The notes under the pieces were generated by a model. That model saw nothing but the letters and a program-made list of their open reading frames with translations, did not search any database and was not told the DNA's origin. The position numbers were made by a program, and so were the translations under genes. DNA of 31,090 nt, taken from a virus. Positions 27,147 to 31,090 of this stretch are shown piece after piece; position 1 is the stretch's first letter; every line of letters begins with the position of its first letter. Location: UHGV virus genome UHGV-0173755. One strand, given 5' to 3'.

Positions 27147-27416
27147 TTAATGTCTGGCTGTATTCGGGTTATAGCTGAATAATTCCCCCTCGGCTTCCAG
27201 CCCAAGCTCCCTGGCTGATTTCAACAACTCCTCGGTCGCTTTTTTAATGATTTCAGGAGCCATGCTCTTGATGATGCCTGCCATTACATCATGTGGCCCG
27301 GTCTGGTCCTCAGGTGAGGATTCTTCCAGTCGCACATTCATATTTACGGCAAAACCTCCATTTTCCTGAAACTCAATATTTCTTGTATTGTTAAATTCAA
27401 AGATTACTTTCGCCAT
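27147..27416 (-). CDS. Hypothetical early protein (about 89 aa), AT-rich
   Basis: Internal ATG at 27414-27416 with AGGT SD; ORF track 137-aa version overlaps upstream gene. Confidence 0.5.
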   Translation of the reverse strand: MAKVIFEFNNTRNIEFQENGGFAVNMNVRLEESSPEDQTGPHDVMAGIIKSMAPEIIKKATEELLKSARELGLEAEGELFSYNPNTARH

Positions 27417-27429
27417 TTTCATTACCTGC

Positions 27430-27642
27430 TTATTGATTAACGGGTGTTGCATTTGTGATTTTGTTAAGTTCACAAAACACATCTTCTGCGTGATGATGGT
27501 TGCCGACATGAACGACCAGCCGGCGACCATCAATAAATTCAAAAGCAATACCGCCCTCAACAGTCGTTTCCATTACACTGACATTATCAAGGTTGATTAA
27601 CTTACTGATTCCCAGATTATCGTGAATATTTATCACCATCAT
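27430..27642 (-). CDS. Hypothetical early protein (70 aa), AT-rich
   Basis: Tandem ATG 27637-27642 preceded by GGAG SD. Confidence 0.5.
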   Translation of the reverse strand: MMVINIHDNLGISKLINLDNVSVMETTVEGGIAFEFIDGRRLVVHVGNHHHAEDVFCELNKITNATPVNQ

Positions 27643-27649
27643 TTAAATA

Positions 27650-27877
27650 CTATCTCCAGATTATCTGACAACCATTAAGACGGGCCGTCCATACAGAACG
27701 GGCCACCCCGGACTTATGCTCCATAATCCTGACCGCGTTTTTTACCAGTTCCACCGGTGGGTAAGTGATTTCAAGAATCGGACGCGCCACGCCGAGATAT
27801 GATTCATTTACATGACTCCCGCGCGCCTGTAACCAGTTCTGCGCATCCGTTGCCATTTTTATATTTCGGGCCATCAT
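27650..27877 (-). CDS. kil: Kil-like host cell-division inhibitor
   Basis: 75 aa ORF immediately downstream of B, as in Mu. Confidence 0.65.
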
Positions 27878-27892
27878 AATTTCTTCTCCTTC

Positions 27893-28831
27893 TTAATTAC
27901 GCAGCAGCGTTGAAATATCAACGTCCAGGTCTAATTCACGGAAAGCCTGACGCAGATAATCTTCGTTAACACGCTCACCTTTACCGTGAGCCGTCATGGC
28001 GGCAAGGCGAAGTGAATGATTCAGAATGCGAAGCGCACCTGGTTTCTGCGCAATCTGCTGTAATAACTCCAGTTCATTTTCGCCGTTAATCTGCCAGGCA
28101 TCCGCAATAGCTTTTACATCGGCTTTTTTTGTTTTATTAATTGCAGTGCGCTTGGCAATACGGGAAAACAGACGGGCAAATTCAACCGTTCTGTTACCCC
28201 CCGTCATATTTGAATAAACCCGGTGATTTCCCATCAGCACAAGGCCAGTGCGGGTTGATTCCTGTAACAGGCGGAGTTCTTCCAGAACTTCGGCACCAAG
28301 ATGATCAGCTTCGTCGATGATAACCAGCCCCTGTGTACCTTCAAGGCGACGTCGCAGGGCACGGGAGAGTGGCCCTTTACGGCGTGGTGCGTCATTCATT
28401 CCCAGCTCAAACGCCAGTTCAGTCAGGCATTCCAGAACGCTGGCACAGGATGGCGTAATGGTGATCATCCAGACATTGTTATTGGTGCGGCGATATTCAC
28501 GGGCCGCTTCGGTTTTGCCCACACCAGGATTGCCACATACAACAGCAATACTTTCAGTCAGGCTGGCAAAACGCATACTTGTCCAGATTTGTTTTACCGT
28601 CTGCGTTTCCACAAAGCGGGGTGGTTCAGGTAGTTCTGCCACTGCATGATATTTTTCCAGCCAGCGTTGCAGCATTTGTGAAACACGCTCGTTATCCCCG
28701 TTGTACTTATCATTGATAAAACTACTGATAGTTCCGGTAGAAAGTCCGCTCTCAAGAGCAATTTGTTTAAAGGTGGTTTCTTCATTTTCTACAAGCGTGC
28801 GCAGTCCTGCGCGAATATCGGAAATATTCAT
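27893..28831 (-). CDS. B: Transposition target-DNA activator MuB (AAA+ ATPase)
   Basis: 312 aa, MNISDIRAGLRTLVENEETTFKQ... recognised; Walker A GNPGVGKT. Confidence 0.95.
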   Translation of the reverse strand: MNISDIRAGLRTLVENEETTFKQIALESGLSTGTISSFINDKYNGDNERVSQMLQRWLEKYHAVAELPEPPRFVETQTVKQIWTSMRFASLTESIAVVCGNPGVGKTEAAREYRRTNNNVWMITITPSCASVLECLTELAFELGMNDAPRRKGPLSRALRRRLEGTQGLVIIDEADHLGAEVLEELRLLQESTRTGLVLMGNHRVYSNMTGGNRTVEFARLFSRIAKRTAINKTKKADVKAIADAWQINGENELELLQQIAQKPGALRILNHSLRLAAMTAHGKGERVNEDYLRQAFRELDLDVDISTLLRN

Positions 28832-28869
28832 CTGAATAACCTCGTAATTAAATTTTGTTTAAACGTTAA

Positions 28870-30861
28870 TTAAATGGCTTTTTTACGTCTGTTCTGTTCC
28901 AGAATATCCAGCGAATGATTCAGATATTCATCACGCTCAGTTTCGTATTCATCATCACGCTCCTGATTCTTCACCCGTTCCGTATTACCGGAAGGCCGGA
29001 AAATGCCGACAATTCGTGATTCTGGTGCTTCAGGTTCGGCTATCTGCGGCAGCAGCTCTGCCACTTCCAGTGCATCCATTTGTTTCTGTGCCTTAATCGC
29101 TGCTTTCGTCGCAGATTTCAGTTGTTTCTGGCGGCGGCGATATTCACGGCCTGCCGCAGCATTATTAAACGCAACAGGTGCCAGACATTCCGCTTCACAG
29201 ATAAACCGACCGTCCAGGGTGTAACAATAAACCGTGCTGTGTAGCTGCTGCGGATCAAACCTGACCACAACTTTTTTCACGCCGGCATTCATTAATGCCA
29301 TGTTGTAATAAACGTTTTTCGCGCCTTTAAGGGAGCCGCCAACTTTAAGCGTAAACTCGCCTTTGCGTGAAACGTTCACCGCCTCGGCAGGCAGTAACAG
29401 CATCCGTTTTTGTTCTTCGGTTGGCTTACGCACAATCGTTCTGGCGTATTCACGCTCGAAAACATCATCAAACGAGAGTTTGCCCCCGCACATTTCTGTT
29501 TCACGGCCTGTTCTGGCATTGAACATCGCCACACCTTCGGCAAGGGTTTTCAGAAACAGCTCTGCATCAACAGCGCGGTCGCCATAGTTATCAGGTTTTG
29601 CCTGAGGATTTGGCCCCGTATATGCGCCAGCCAGTGCCGGATGCTTATCAACGTATTCCTCAAGCCCACCAACACCGAAAGCACGTTCAACAGGTTTTGC
29701 CTGGCCCCAGCCTTTACCGGCAACAACGCTTGTCCAGTGCATTTTCGCGCCCATCAGTAAAAACAGTCCCTTTGGATCGTCCTCTTTTACCTTAAAGCGG
29801 TAGCGATTGGGCGCGCCTCCCGTCAGCCATTTATTCGCTGCACCACGGGTGTTATCAATGGTGATGTGAAAATCCTCCGGGATACCGTAGCGAGTCACAA
29901 CATCCATGAACGAGAGGCGAATTGAATCAATGTTCTCGCTCACATCGCAGCGCCAGCCCAGAATTTTTCGGGTTTTCACATCCTGCCAGAACCATGTTTT
30001 CGGGCGGATCACATCACCGTTAAACCAGCGTACAAAGACGTTATGCAGATAACCGTCGCCGTTGATCCACTGCATGGCGTCCAGGTGTTCCACAGTTCGC
30101 TGCTGTGCCGGTATCAGATGCATCAGTGCATGTTCACCTTCACGACAGGCAACAACCATTGCCTCGTCCAGTTGCTGAATCCGGCGAAAGGCCGTGGCAC
30201 GGGAGGGAATACTCCAGCCATGCTCGCGGGCAGCCAGTTCCAGACGCTCATAACATTTGCGGAAGGCGGGTTTTTCCGGTCGCAGATAATCTGCAATCAG
30301 AAACTGCCAGGCATCCTCGTCAAATTCACTTTTGTGAACATTGCGACGGGATGCACCACGTCCATCAACAAGTGCAGCCGCCCAGTCAGGCTTCGCAAAC
30401 TTCTGTACCTGGTAATACTTGTCCCGCAAAGTGGATGCGCTGACCTGGTAATGCCCTGCAACGGTCGCAAAAGCCGTTTTCGTTGAAATCCCCTGGTTCA
30501 GCATTTCGTCTGCAGCCTGAACCGCAGGCAACCATTTTTCAGCAAGTCTGCGCTGGGAATCGCTGGCTTTATCCCATTTGCTCCACAGTGCCTCACGATC
30601 ATAATCATGGGCTTCCAGCGTGGGGCGGGCGATTTCAAAATACCCCAGGCTTGTTTCAATCTCTCCTTGTCTCAGCAATAACGCCGCTTTCGCTTCAACA
30701 GGTAAAGAGTTCGCATTGTATTCAATTGCTTTACCACCTTTGACACCTGCTCTAGTGCGGTTTTGCCATCCTTGCTTTTTAGCAACATAAATCACACCAG
30801 CCGATGTTTTCGGCAAACCAGGAAGATTCGCACACTCTTTCGGTGATACCCAAAGTTCCAT
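28870..30861 (-). CDS. A: DDE transposase MuA
   Basis: ATG at 30859-30861 ([15 protein letters not shown]...) recognised; ORF track extends 3 codons to upstream GTG; 663 aa. Confidence 0.95.
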
Positions 30862-30862
30862 G

Positions 30863-31090
30863 TTATTCACCTGCTTGATATCGGCTAGGCCAGATTACTT
30901 CCGGTTTAGTTTCTAAGGCGTTAGCAATAATCTGCTCACCCTTTGGCCAGTGTCGTTCTAGCGCATTAGCTAATGTAGTTGGCGCATAACCAAACTGCCG
31001 GGAAAGAGCTGATAAAGAGAGCTTTCTTTTCTTAAGTCCCGCAATCACATCCGCACGATGCCAATCACGGGCCTTTTCGTTGGAACACAT
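30863..31090 (-). CDS. ner: Ner DNA-binding regulator of early transcription
   Basis: 75 aa, [26 protein letters not shown]... recognised; start codon is the last 3 nt of the window. Confidence 0.9.

Larger units (their letters stand above)
1..31090 (-). mobile_element. Internal segment of a Mu-type transposable bacteriophage/prophage (ner to S/gix), genes on minus strand
   Basis: Colinear Mu gene order; recognisable Ner, MuA transposase, MuB, Gam, Mor, C, SAR endolysin, portal, sheath; gix site at window start. Confidence 0.9.

Noticed and set aside
1-31090. Search for tRNA, rRNA, CRISPR arrays or a large foreign island (defence system, integron, IS element)
   Set aside because: None found: no repeat-spacer periodicity, no cloverleaf-like or rRNA-like stretches, and minus-strand coding is continuous in Mu gene order except for the small region 19111..19724.

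Overview
The whole window reads as one contiguous segment of a bacteriophage Mu-type transposable phage (or a near-identical Mu-like prophage), with essentially all genes on the minus strand. It runs from the ner start codon (window end, 31090) through transposase A and B, the early semi-essential small-gene region (kil to gam to gemA), the Mor to C regulatory cascade, the lysis cassette, terminase/portal/head genes, tail sheath/tube/tape-measure and baseplate genes, to the 5' part of tail-fibre gene S. S is cut by the window start just inside the invertible G segment, with the gix site at 36..61. Identification rests on recognisable protein sequences (Ner, MuA, MuB, Gam, Mor, C, endolysin and others) and on Mu gene order; it was made by eye, without any database search. 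The repressor c, operators, early promoter, attL, gin, com/mom and attR lie outside the window. There are no rRNA, tRNA or CRISPR features. Regulatory elements that can be placed from sequence are a terminator-like dyad right after mor (early terminator / middle promoter region), a hairpin over the C stop codon, a CCCGCACCT element shared by the regions upstream of lys and I (candidate C-dependent late promoters), the large G-I intergenic gap where the strong gyrase site is expected, and a hairpin after major head gene T. The one stretch that the canonical Mu gene set does not obviously explain is 19111..19724, between the gp27-like gene and the large terminase: it holds two tightly coupled small minus-strand ORFs and an AT-rich opposite-strand ORF with its own promoter-like and ribosome-binding signals. 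That is the best candidate here for an undescribed small accessory module; no large foreign insertion is visible elsewhere.
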